From contig VMGB01000003.1 in the NCBI GenBank assembly GCA_007376295.1, positions 137,106 to 182,119 of the forward strand: a DNA stretch of 45,014 nucleotides, written 5' to 3'. Below, in pieces: positions 16,802 through 24,608 of the stretch; position 1 is the first letter of the stretch; each line of letters starts with the position of its first letter. The position numbers were made by a program, and so were the translations under genes. The DNA is from Parcubacteria group bacterium Gr01-1014_13 (GTDB lineage: Bacteria > Patescibacteriota > Patescibacteriia > Magasanikbacterales > GWA2-37-8). Below the pieces are notes generated by a model, which had not been told where the DNA came from, did not search any database, and saw nothing but the letters and a program-made list of their open reading frames with translations.

Positions 16802-16830
16802 GCCCTATCATTTTTGATAGGGCTTTTTTT
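16802..16830 (+). terminator. intrinsic terminator of the GC-rich orphan gene
   Basis: GCCCTATC-attttt-GATAGGGC followed by T7. Confidence 0.7.
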
Positions 16831-16875
16831 ATTATTGAAGTTGCCTAAACCCAGTAAATCAGCTAAAATTTAAAT

Positions 16876-18264
16876 ATGCCATATCAAACAATCATTCCAG
16901 AAAATCCAAATATAAAAGACTTGCTAGCGCAGATCCGCCAGTACTACCGCAAAAAAGACATTGACATGGTGCAATTGGCCTATGATTTTGCTGCCAAAGC
17001 CCATGCCGGACATGTTCCAGAGGATACATCTGTCAGTCTGGAGGAAATAGAAAAAAATTTCGGACCGGATATTGCTTCCATAATAAAAGGCATCACCAAA
17101 TTAGGCAAACTAAAATACCGCGGCGTAGAACGCTACATAGAAAATCTGCGAAAAATGTTTGTGGCTATGGCCGAAGATATTCGCGTAATGATTATTAAAT
17201 TTGCCGACCGCGTACACAACCTGTCTACCATCGATGCTCTGCCAATAAAAAAACGGTATCGAATCGCCTTGGAAAGTTTGGAAATTTACGCACCTATTGC
17301 CAACCGCCTAGGTATCGGTGAATTTAAAAGTCTTTTAGAAGATCTCTCCTTCCCATATATCTACCCTAAAGAATACGAAAAAACCAAAGCTCTGCGTAAC
17401 ACTTTAATTTCTCAGCGCGAAGCCTACTTACAAAATGTCATGGAGGTTATTGAAAAAGAATTAAAAAGTTCAGGAATAAAAGTATTAAACGTTCATGGCC
17501 GAGAAAAAGCGTTATATAGTCTGTATCAAAAAATTCTCCGCAAAGGCGGCTGGGATAATACCGACAAAATTCATGATGTGGTAGCTATACGCATTATCGT
17601 AAACGACCTGTCTGATTGCTATGCGACCTTGGGCATAATCCACAAACTTTGGCATCCATTAAAAGGAGGTATTAAAGATTACATTTCCCAGCCAAAGCCC
17701 AATGGTTACAAATCTTTGCACACCACAGTATTTTGTATTGAAGGTCAGATTGTTGAATTCCAAATACGTGATAAAACAATGCACAATGAAGCCGAATATG
17801 GTATTGCCGCTCACTGGCATTATGACGAACGTGGCTCTCGCCTGCCCGCCAAAGATATTTTTTGGGCCAAAGAACTAGCCAATATTCAAAAAAATGTTTT
17901 AGAAAAACTGTCTGATTTGAATGAACTTAAAATCGACTTCTTTAAAAATCGTATCTTTGTCTTTACCCCGCAAGGTGATGTTATCGACCTGCCGGAAGAC
18001 GCTACTCCAATTGATTTTGCCTACAATATCCATACCGACATCGGCAATCAGTGTAATGGAGCAAAAGTTAATGATCAATTGGTAAGTTTAGATACACCGC
18101 TGAAAAGCGGCGACGTGATAGAAGTTTTTACAGATAAAAATCGCAAAGGGCCAAGCCCGGATTGGTTGAAGCACGTAAAAACTCACATGGCCAAATCCCA
18201 TATCAAAGAAAAATTAAAAAATGAAAAAAGAAGTTGGTTAAAAAATATTCTGCCAAAAAAATAA
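16876..18264 (+). CDS. rel: RelA/SpoT homolog: HD domain with an internal deletion, synthetase domain and TGS domain; no C-terminal ACT/RRM region
   Basis: FVAMAEDIRVMIIKFADRVHNL, the synthetase core (HGREKALYSLYQK, AIRIIV, DYISQPKPNGYKSLHTTV, QIRDKTMHNEAEYGIAAHW) and TGS (IFVFTPQGDVIDLPEDATPIDFAYNIHTDIG). TTGCCT-N17-TAAAAT ends 6 nt before the ATG, suggesting a leaderless mRNA. Confidence 0.88.
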   Translation: MPYQTIIPENPNIKDLLAQIRQYYRKKDIDMVQLAYDFAAKAHAGHVPEDTSVSLEEIEKNFGPDIASIIKGITKLGKLKYRGVERYIENLRKMFVAMAEDIRVMIIKFADRVHNLSTIDALPIKKRYRIALESLEIYAPIANRLGIGEFKSLLEDLSFPYIYPKEYEKTKALRNTLISQREAYLQNVMEVIEKELKSSGIKVLNVHGREKALYSLYQKILRKGGWDNTDKIHDVVAIRIIVNDLSDCYATLGIIHKLWHPLKGGIKDYISQPKPNGYKSLHTTVFCIEGQIVEFQIRDKTMHNEAEYGIAAHWHYDERGSRLPAKDIFWAKELANIQKNVLEKLSDLNELKIDFFKNRIFVFTPQGDVIDLPEDATPIDFAYNIHTDIGNQCNGAKVNDQLVSLDTPLKSGDVIEVFTDKNRKGPSPDWLKHVKTHMAKSHIKEKLKNEKRSWLKNILPKK

Positions 18265-18288
18265 CTCGGAATTACCGAGTTATTTTTT
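18263..18288. terminator. bidirectional terminator shared by the convergent rel and parB genes
   Basis: AACTCGG-aatta-CCGAGTT flanked by A7 on one side and T7 on the other. The hairpin region includes both stop codons (rel TAA at 18262-18264, parB TAA at 18272-18274). Confidence 0.6.
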
Positions 18289-19111
18289 TAATGATGTTGG
18301 CCAATTCTTCTTGAGAGTAATAATCAATTACGATTGTACCTCTTTTTCCTTTTTGGGTTACACTTACTTTTGTTCCCAAGGCAGTGCGCAACTGATCTTC
18401 TAAATAATTTAAGTTTGGATCGCGATGACTTTTATGCGGATTTTGCTTGCCTACTGTACGCTCTAACTCTCTAACGGTTATTCGTTGACCAAGCATGGAA
18501 GAAAGCATATCTAACTGCTTAGCGCTATCTTCTAGGCTCAGCAAGGCTCTGGCCTGGCCCATATTAATTCTCTTATCAACCAAAGCGGTTTTTACTTCTT
18601 CTGGTAAGCTCAAGAGTCGAACTGTGTTGGCTATAGCCGGTCGGCTTTTACCGACTTTTTCAGCTACATCCTGTTGGGTTAAATTAAATTCTTCCATTAA
18701 CCTTTGGTAAGCAAAAGCTTCTTCGATTGGATTTAAATTTTCTCTTTGAATGTTTTCTATCAGCGCCACTTCTAATTTATCCCTATTGGCCATTGTTTTG
18801 ATAAGCGCTGGCACAGTAGCTAGTCCGGCCATTTGCGCAGCTCGCCAACGCCTTTCACCCGCTATTAGTTCGTAGCCACCATCAGTGCGTTCGGTTACAA
18901 GAAGCGGCTGCAAAATTCCATGTTCTTTTATAGATGCCGCCAAATCTTCTAATTCTGGTGCGCTAAAATTTTGACGCGGCTGATGCGTATTTGGAGTTAT
19001 GGAACTTACTGGGATATACCAAACTCTATCTTGCCCAAGTTTTTCATTAGTTGTATTTTTTTGTTTGGAGTCGCCTGAAATTAGCGCGCCCAATCCCCTT
19101 CCTAATGCCAT
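18272..19111 (-). CDS. parB: chromosome partitioning protein ParB
   Basis: MALGRGLGALI, the IAGERRWRAA arginine patch, HTH region (QQDVAEKVGKSRPAIANTVRLL), and LE..L C-terminal dimerisation segment. Confidence 0.9.
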   Translation of the reverse strand: MALGRGLGALISGDSKQKNTTNEKLGQDRVWYIPVSSITPNTHQPRQNFSAPELEDLAASIKEHGILQPLLVTERTDGGYELIAGERRWRAAQMAGLATVPALIKTMANRDKLEVALIENIQRENLNPIEEAFAYQRLMEEFNLTQQDVAEKVGKSRPAIANTVRLLSLPEEVKTALVDKRINMGQARALLSLEDSAKQLDMLSSMLGQRITVRELERTVGKQNPHKSHRDPNLNYLEDQLRTALGTKVSVTQKGKRGTIVIDYYSQEELANIIKKITR

Positions 19112-19119
19112 ATAATGAT

Positions 19120-19893
19120 TTAATTATTTGTTTCAAACCTGTCTAAAAATTCTCGCCCCAATCTTTCATAAGCTTTAGATCCTTTACCGCTGGGGTCATA
19201 ATGAAAAATACTTTGTCCAAAACTTGGGGCTTCAGCCAAACGTACAGTACGAGGAATTACAGAGCGAAAAATATTATCTGGAAAAAATTTATACAACTCA
19301 TTCATGACTTCTTCAGAAAGAGTATTTCGAGAATCATACATTGTGAGTACAGCTCCCAAAACATTTAAATCTGGTTTTAAATTTGTTCTTACTAGTTCAA
19401 TTGTTTTAAGTAACTGGCCCAAACCTTCCAAGGCGTAATATTCTGCCTGCACCGGAATTAAAATATGGTTGGCGGCAATTAGTCCGTTGAGGGTTAAAAT
19501 TCCCAGCGACGGCGGACAGTCGATGATAATATAGTCGTAGGCATGGGATACTTCAGATAAAATTTCGGCCAATTTTGTCTCTCTTCCCTCTACATTTACT
19601 AACTCTACATTGGCGCCGGCTAAATCTGGTGTAGCTGGAGCCACACGTAATCCAGCATGACCAGTGTTGTGCACAACATCGTGCAGGCGTACCTGGCCGG
19701 AAAGACTATGATACAAGCCCTGTTCTAATTCTTGATATTTTATTCCCAAGCCAGAGGTGGCATTGCCCTGCGGGTCCAAATCAACCAACAACACAAATTT
19801 ACCAGCTTCTGCCAGCGCTGCAGCCAAATTCACAGCGGTAGTGGTCTTTCCCACTCCGCCTTTTTGATTTACTACCGAAATAATTTGTGACAT
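19120..19893 (-). CDS. parA: chromosome partitioning ATPase ParA/Soj
   Basis: Deviant Walker A (NQKGGVGKTTTAVNLA), VLLVDLDPQGNAT, and IIIDCPPSLG. Confidence 0.93.
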   Translation of the reverse strand: MSQIISVVNQKGGVGKTTTAVNLAAALAEAGKFVLLVDLDPQGNATSGLGIKYQELEQGLYHSLSGQVRLHDVVHNTGHAGLRVAPATPDLAGANVELVNVEGRETKLAEILSEVSHAYDYIIIDCPPSLGILTLNGLIAANHILIPVQAEYYALEGLGQLLKTIELVRTNLKPDLNVLGAVLTMYDSRNTLSEEVMNELYKFFPDNIFRSVIPRTVRLAEAPSFGQSIFHYDPSGKGSKAYERLGREFLDRFETNN

Positions 19894-19971
19894 AACTAGT
19901 TCTTATCTTTTTAATATTATATCACACCTACAAAAATAAAAAAACTCGCTGAATACTATTCAAACGAGGGC

Positions 19972-20427
19972 TTATAAATGCCTTACAAGTCGGAATGGTT
20001 GCCGATCGATATCGATATAGATTATGTTGCGTTCTCGGATTATCTCCACCAAAGATTCGGCCATCTGACTGATAACGAAAGGAACATCCTCTGGCTTGAA
20101 TCCAGTAAAACGTGCTACCTCGTTTTGATCTATACTAGCAATAGCTGAGGCAACATTTTCATCGTTAGCGACAAAAGTCCCATTGGTCGATGCCGCCGTG
20201 ACTGTCCAGAGTAGGTGCACCGCAACGTCGGTAAGCGGCGCGCTTAACATCCACTCCAATACTTCAGCTGATGGCTCCACAGGATCGGAGGGGCTCGGAT
20301 CCCACCCTGGCACATTCTCTGCCATCTGCTCATCTGTAGTGGCTTCTTTATACCTGGAAACCATAAGGTCTCGAATGCGAGGCAAAATTTTCGCTTTCAT
20401 CTGTTCAACCAGCTCGCGATCATTCAT
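19972..20427 (-). CDS. hypothetical acidic protein (151 aa)
   Basis: Complete ORF directly downstream of tRNA-Leu on the same strand. GC is elevated. Followed by a hairpin plus T7. No recognisable domain. Confidence 0.5.
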   Translation of the reverse strand: MNDRELVEQMKAKILPRIRDLMVSRYKEATTDEQMAENVPGWDPSPSDPVEPSAEVLEWMLSAPLTDVAVHLLWTVTAASTNGTFVANDENVASAIASIDQNEVARFTGFKPEDVPFVISQMAESLVEIIRERNIIYIDIDRQPFRLVRHL

Positions 20428-20465
20428 AATTGCCTTTTTCTTTTATCCGCCCTATTGCGGATTTG

Positions 20466-20547
20466 TGCCGAAGGAGAGAATCGAACTCTCATGGATTGCT
20501 CCGCACGATTTTGAGTCGTGTGCGTCTACCAATTCCGCCACTTCGGC
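20466..20547 (-). tRNA. tRNA-Leu (anticodon CAA), class II with a long variable arm; CCA not encoded
   Basis: Minus-strand sequence GCCGAAG TG GCG GAATTGGTAGA CGC A CACGA CTCAAAA TCGTG CGGAGCAATCCAT GAGAG TTCGATT CTCTC CTTCGGC A folds into a cloverleaf. Confidence 0.9.
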
Positions 20548-20557
20548 ATGTTAAAAC

Positions 20558-20586
20558 AGTATATTTTAAATAACACGCTTTGTCAA
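20558..20586 (-). promoter_or_regulatory. promoter TTGACA-N17-TATACT for tRNA-Leu
   Basis: Consensus-like boxes. The predicted start site lies a few nt upstream of the tRNA 5' end. Confidence 0.6.
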
Positions 20587-20597
20587 TCTAGTCTCTG

Positions 20598-21890
20598 TTA
20601 TGGTCTTAACCGGCCAATAGTTCGAGGGAAGGGAATACATTCACGAATATGCTCTACACCCGTAATCCAACGCACTGTGCGTTCTAAACCGATACCAAAA
20701 CCAGAATGCGGCACACTGCCGTATTTTCTTAAATCTAAATACCATTGATATTCTTCCGGGCTAAGTCCTTCGGCTTTTATTCTAGACAATAATAATTCAT
20801 AATCATCTTCGCGCTGACTGCCACCAATAAGCTCGCCCGCACCTTCAGTAGCGATTAAATCATCATTTAAAACCAATTCCGGATTCTCTGGATCACGTTT
20901 CATATAAAAAGGCTTGATGCTCTTTGGCCATTTCGCTATAAACACTGGCACCTCGGAATCTTTGGTTAGAAGACCTTCGTCGTCATTGCCTAAATCCTCA
21001 CCATATTTAATATCTGAACCCAACTCATGCAACTTGGCAATCGCTTGATCGTAAGTATAGCGAGTAAATGGCTGGTCAGCCTTTTCTAATGGTTCTGTAT
21101 TTCTTTCCAAAACTGTTAATTCTTCCTTACAATTTTTCAAACAATAACGGATAATATGCCGCACCAAACCCTCTTGAATATTTAAATTTTCGTCGTGCTC
21201 CACAAACGCAGCTTCCGCATCCATCATCCAAAATTCTGTCAGGTGGCGTTTAGTTTTGCTTTTCTCAGCGCGAAACACTGGACCAAAATCATAACAACGC
21301 CCTACAGAAGCAATAGCTGCTTCTATATACAACTGTCCAGATTGAGAGAGATACGCCGTGCCCAGATCAAAATATGGCACAGGGAAAAGTGTGGTGGTGC
21401 CTTCACAAGCATTGGGAGTAAATACTGGAGAATCTACTTTGATAAAACTTTCTTGGTGCAAATATTCACCGATGGCGGTAATGATAGCATCACGGACACG
21501 CAAAATAGCCCACTGTTTCTTACTGCGTAACCACAAATGACGATTCTCCATTAAAAAATCCGGTCCATGCTCTTTGTGAGCAATCGGATAATCCTGAGCT
21601 AATTGAATAATTTTAAAATCTTTAACTTGCAATTCGTAAACATTATCCTTTTTCGGATGTTTGCTAACTGTACCCAAAACCGCTACTGAAGATTCTTGAC
21701 TAACTTTTTCTACTAAATCCCAAATCTCAGGACTTAATTCTGCTTTAACAGCTACGGCCTGTATCCAACCAGTACCATCGCGTAACTCCAAAAAAGCGAT
21801 CGGCCCGGAAGATCGCTTGTTGTACAGCCAGCCTTTAATTTCTACCTCTTGGCCGACCAAATTAGCTAAATTTTTGATAAAAATAGACAT
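20598..21890 (-). CDS. asnS: asparagine--tRNA ligase
   Basis: N-terminal OB fold (GWLYNKRSSGPIAFLELRDGTG), class II motifs (FRAEKSKTKRHLTEFWMMDAEAAF, GSQRE, GFGIGLERTV). 430 aa. Confidence 0.92.
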   Translation of the reverse strand: MSIFIKNLANLVGQEVEIKGWLYNKRSSGPIAFLELRDGTGWIQAVAVKAELSPEIWDLVEKVSQESSVAVLGTVSKHPKKDNVYELQVKDFKIIQLAQDYPIAHKEHGPDFLMENRHLWLRSKKQWAILRVRDAIITAIGEYLHQESFIKVDSPVFTPNACEGTTTLFPVPYFDLGTAYLSQSGQLYIEAAIASVGRCYDFGPVFRAEKSKTKRHLTEFWMMDAEAAFVEHDENLNIQEGLVRHIIRYCLKNCKEELTVLERNTEPLEKADQPFTRYTYDQAIAKLHELGSDIKYGEDLGNDDEGLLTKDSEVPVFIAKWPKSIKPFYMKRDPENPELVLNDDLIATEGAGELIGGSQREDDYELLLSRIKAEGLSPEEYQWYLDLRKYGSVPHSGFGIGLERTVRWITGVEHIRECIPFPRTIGRLRP

Positions 21891-21933
21891 AGGATAATAC
21901 TACCATTTTCTGTAGATTTAGCAAGAGTTAAAC

Positions 21934-21963
21934 AAAAAAGCCCTGCGCATATCGCCCAGGGCT
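21934..21963 (-). terminator. intrinsic terminator after the 72-aa gene
   Basis: Minus-strand AGCCCTG...CAGGGCT hairpin followed by TTTTTTGTTT. Confidence 0.6.
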
Positions 21964-21976
21964 TACTATATCTCGT

Positions 21977-22195
21977 TTAAAGAACGGGCTCTTTGGATTG
22001 GATATACTGAACCACCACTTTTTCTACGTCTTGGCCCGGACTCTCCATATCCAGGACCCAACGAATCACGGTGTTTTTTGTATCGCATCCAAACTTATTT
22101 ACTAACTCCTGTATTTTTTCTTCCTCCCATATGTAAAAAGAATACTGGAAGCCAATATATTTCGCCACAACTTTCTTGAAGTCTTCGGTTCCCAT
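21977..22195 (-). CDS. hypothetical small protein (72 aa)
   Basis: TAGGAGG SD, TTGAAA-N17-TAATCT promoter and its own terminator. Confidence 0.5.
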   Translation of the reverse strand: MGTEDFKKVVAKYIGFQYSFYIWEEEKIQELVNKFGCDTKNTVIRWVLDMESPGQDVEKVVVQYIQSKEPVL

Positions 22196-22260
22196 GCCGC
22201 AGCCTCCTAGAAAAAATTTCTTAAAACAAGATTAACATGAATTAAAAAATATTTCAAGGA

Positions 22261-22297
22261 TAAAATAAAGGCCTTGTGCATAATTATACACAAGGCC
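22261..22297 (-). terminator. intrinsic terminator after the 121-aa gene
   Basis: Perfect 9-bp stem GGCCTTGTG/CACAAGGCC followed on the minus strand by TTTATTTTAT. Confidence 0.65.
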
Positions 22298-22305
22298 TAG
22301 GACTA

Positions 22306-22671
22306 TTAGTTGTACCACCCCTTAATTCTGGCCAACTTCTCCATTTCATCTGGAGAAGCGATAACTAACTTCTCCTCTTCGGTCAATTCTTCTGGCAAAA
22401 CTTTAAGTTCCGCCAAGCCCAGAATACCTTTCCGCTCTTCCTCGGATCCCTTTATAAACTCTATAACCACTTTTGCGCCCGCCTGAGAATAAATAGGAAA
22501 AAGAACAAGACCATAACCATCCTCACAGACCAATTCAATATGGCCATGCTTTTCATTGGGTTTATCGCACCAACATACTAAGCCGATACGCCTCATAAAA
22601 TAGTAATGTTCCTTACAAGGAAAAGAAAAACATGCTTGCAAATCTTCGGTTACATCTTTCCATTCGGACAT
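22306..22671 (-). CDS. hypothetical Cys/His-rich protein (121 aa)
   Basis: Start moved to the internal ATG at 22669-22671, which has GGGAGGT 4 nt upstream. The longer track ORF would overlap recO by 65 nt. Contains the cluster CFSFPCKEH...CWCDKPNEKHGH...C. Confidence 0.5.
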   Translation of the reverse strand: MSEWKDVTEDLQACFSFPCKEHYYFMRRIGLVCWCDKPNEKHGHIELVCEDGYGLVLFPIYSQAGAKVVIEFIKGSEEERKGILGLAELKVLPEELTEEEKLVIASPDEMEKLARIKGWYN

Positions 22672-22705
22672 CACTACCTCCCAAGTTGGTTTGTTCCCAA
22701 TAAAA

Positions 22706-23290
22706 TTAACACGGATTAGCAAATCGAGCAATCTTACGCCCAGAATGAGATTGGGCGTATTCGTAGACAAATTGATATGATTTTTCTTTTGCAGAATCTA
22801 GATTGTTGATTGTCTGCCAATCACTCTCTAGCCAGGCCCGATGCTTTTCCTCCTGCGACCCAAAACCCAAACGATGCCAAAGTTTAAAAATAAAACCTGT
22901 AGCCAAATTTAAAGAATTAATTTTTTCTGCCGAGTTTAAAAAATCTAAAAAACTGATAATTAAATTGAAGATATTTTCATCTCTCTCCTGCACTAAAATA
23001 TTACCGTCGGCAAGTTTAACCGCGTAATTAGCAAGAAAAATTTTATCAAAATCAGAATAAATATTCTTAAATATTTTAACTGATTGCACTTTTGTCAGAT
23101 AATCTATTTCTTTACCTTGAGCAATCTCTATTTCGGCCAAAGACAAAATTTCCAAATTAGAAGAATTTTTACTGGTAATTTTTTTTATTCCCTTAGCCAA
23201 GACTTCAACTTTCCCCCGCTCGCGTGTATACAATGAAATCATCTGGTCAAATTCGCGCCAATTTTTTCTTGCTAGAACAATCGCCAACAT
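22706..23290 (-). CDS. recO: DNA repair protein RecO (short form)
   Basis: N-terminal OB-fold signature (AIVLARKNWREFDQMISLYTRERGKVEVLAKGIKK). 194 aa. Confidence 0.78.
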   Translation of the reverse strand: MLAIVLARKNWREFDQMISLYTRERGKVEVLAKGIKKITSKNSSNLEILSLAEIEIAQGKEIDYLTKVQSVKIFKNIYSDFDKIFLANYAVKLADGNILVQERDENIFNLIISFLDFLNSAEKINSLNLATGFIFKLWHRLGFGSQEEKHRAWLESDWQTINNLDSAKEKSYQFVYEYAQSHSGRKIARFANPC

Positions 23291-23298
23291 ATCGAGGT

Positions 23299-23688
23299 TT
23301 ATTTATTTCTTTCCAAATAACTTTGCAAAATTACCATAGCCGATTTTTCATCCCGGCTTGCACCTCCTCCACCCATTCTGTCGGCTGCCTGCGAAGAAAA
23401 TCTCTCGTCTTCAAATTCAATCGGAATACTGACGAGATCTTTTAGCTCGCTTACGAATTTTTTTATTTTTTTAGTATTTTCATTTTCTTTTCCTTCAAGT
23501 CCTAACGGCAATCCCACCACTACCTTGTCAATATTTTCTTTTTTTATCAATTTGACTAACTCTGCCAAATTTTTATCTCTAACAACGCCATACGGCAAAA
23601 CCACTCCTAGGCCTATCTGCGCCCAGGCCAAACCGATATTTTTTGTCCCGTAATCAACTGCCAATATATTCATACTATTATTTCTCAC
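23299..23688 (-). CDS. ruvX: Holliday junction resolvase-like / pre-16S rRNA nuclease RuvX (YqgF)
   Basis: ILAVDYGTKNIGLA and VVGLPL motifs. The start may instead be the ATG at 23673 (MNILAVDYG). Confidence 0.85.
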   Translation of the reverse strand: MRNNSMNILAVDYGTKNIGLAWAQIGLGVVLPYGVVRDKNLAELVKLIKKENIDKVVVGLPLGLEGKENENTKKIKKFVSELKDLVSIPIEFEDERFSSQAADRMGGGGASRDEKSAMVILQSYLERNK

Positions 23689-24481
23689 TCGGCCTTCGGG
23701 TAGCCACTATATTACCACTTTTTGTCACAATAATTGTGTGCTCAAAGTGAGCGGATAAAGAGTTATCAGCCATTCTTATAGTCCAACCATCTTCTGCGGT
23801 CTTTACTCGCCAGGTGCCCAAGGAAACCATTGGCTCAATAGCTACTACCATGCCCGGTTTGAGGATAATAAAATCCAGACCTCTGTCATAAAAATTTGGT
23901 ATTCTCGGTTCTTCGTGCACCTCATGACCCACGCCGTGACCGACTAAATCTTGCACTATACCGTACTTACCTTGCGATTTAATATAATCTTCTATGGCCT
24001 TACCAATATCAGCAATTGTATTACCTGGTTTAATTACCTTTATACCCCTCTCCAAGGATTCTTGAGTAACCCGTAAAAGTTCTCTGGTTTTGGGTGGAAT
24101 TTTGCCAATTGGAATAGTGACTGCGGTATCAGTGAAGTATCCTTCATCTTTTGGACCATTATATGGCCACTGCATACCGATATCGATAGTAAAAACATCT
24201 CCATTTTTCAAAATAGCAGTTTTTTTGGCAATCCCGTGCACCACCTCTTCATTTATGGAAGCGCAAATCGTACTAGGAAAAGGAATGTCCGAAGGTTTAT
24301 TTTTGTATCCTTTAAATGCTGGTCTGCCCCCGACTTCGATAATCATTTTTTCCGCTGCCTGATCTACTTCCCAAGTGGACATTCCTGGACGACACATTTT
24401 TGCCAAGTCATCCAAAATACGGCCCATAATTTGGCCGCCCTGTTTTATTAATTTTATTTCTTCCGGAGTTTTGATTAACAT
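23678..24481 (-). CDS. map: type I methionine aminopeptidase
   Basis: IKTPEEIKLIKQGG, VHGI, DIG, GHGVGHEVHE, EPM and EHT metal-ligand motifs. Start chosen at MLIKTPEEI (ATG at 24479-24481). Confidence 0.92.
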   Translation of the reverse strand: MLIKTPEEIKLIKQGGQIMGRILDDLAKMCRPGMSTWEVDQAAEKMIIEVGGRPAFKGYKNKPSDIPFPSTICASINEEVVHGIAKKTAILKNGDVFTIDIGMQWPYNGPKDEGYFTDTAVTIPIGKIPPKTRELLRVTQESLERGIKVIKPGNTIADIGKAIEDYIKSQGKYGIVQDLVGHGVGHEVHEEPRIPNFYDRGLDFIILKPGMVVAIEPMVSLGTWRVKTAEDGWTIRMADNSLSAHFEHTIIVTKSGNIVATRRPSEK

Positions 24482-24507
24482 ATTTTTAAGTAATAAATAG
24501 TTGGTGC

Positions 24508-24536
24508 TTGACACTGTAGAAACTATATGGTAGACT
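24508..24536 (+). promoter_or_regulatory. plus-strand promoter TTGACA-N17-(TGg)TAGACT, antisense to the ribosomal operon
   Basis: Consensus -35, a 17-nt spacer and an extended -10 TG. Located in the toxin-map intergenic region and pointing toward the 3' end of the MazF-like gene. Confidence 0.45.
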
Positions 24537-24542
24537 AAATTT

Positions 24543-24608
24543 ACAAATGGTTACCTCATCGGAGGTAGCTCCGAGATTCCTACCCCTTAAAAGGTAGGTT
24601 TCGTTTTT
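24543..24608 (+). ncRNA. candidate small RNA of about 65 nt (promoter, two hairpins and a T-tract)
   Basis: Downstream of the promoter: GGTTACCTC-atcg-GAGGTAGCT hairpin, then CCTACC-ccttaaaa-GGTAGG followed by TTTCGTTTTTT. There is no plus-strand ORF. The T-tract abuts the stop codon of the MazF-like gene. Confidence 0.35.

Noticed and set aside
18272-19971. parS site (TGTTTCACGTGAAACA-like) near parAB
   Set aside because: I found no full or near-full match by eye in or around parAB. The only GTGAAACA half-site, at about 712-719, lacks the partner half. A pattern search could still find degenerate sites.
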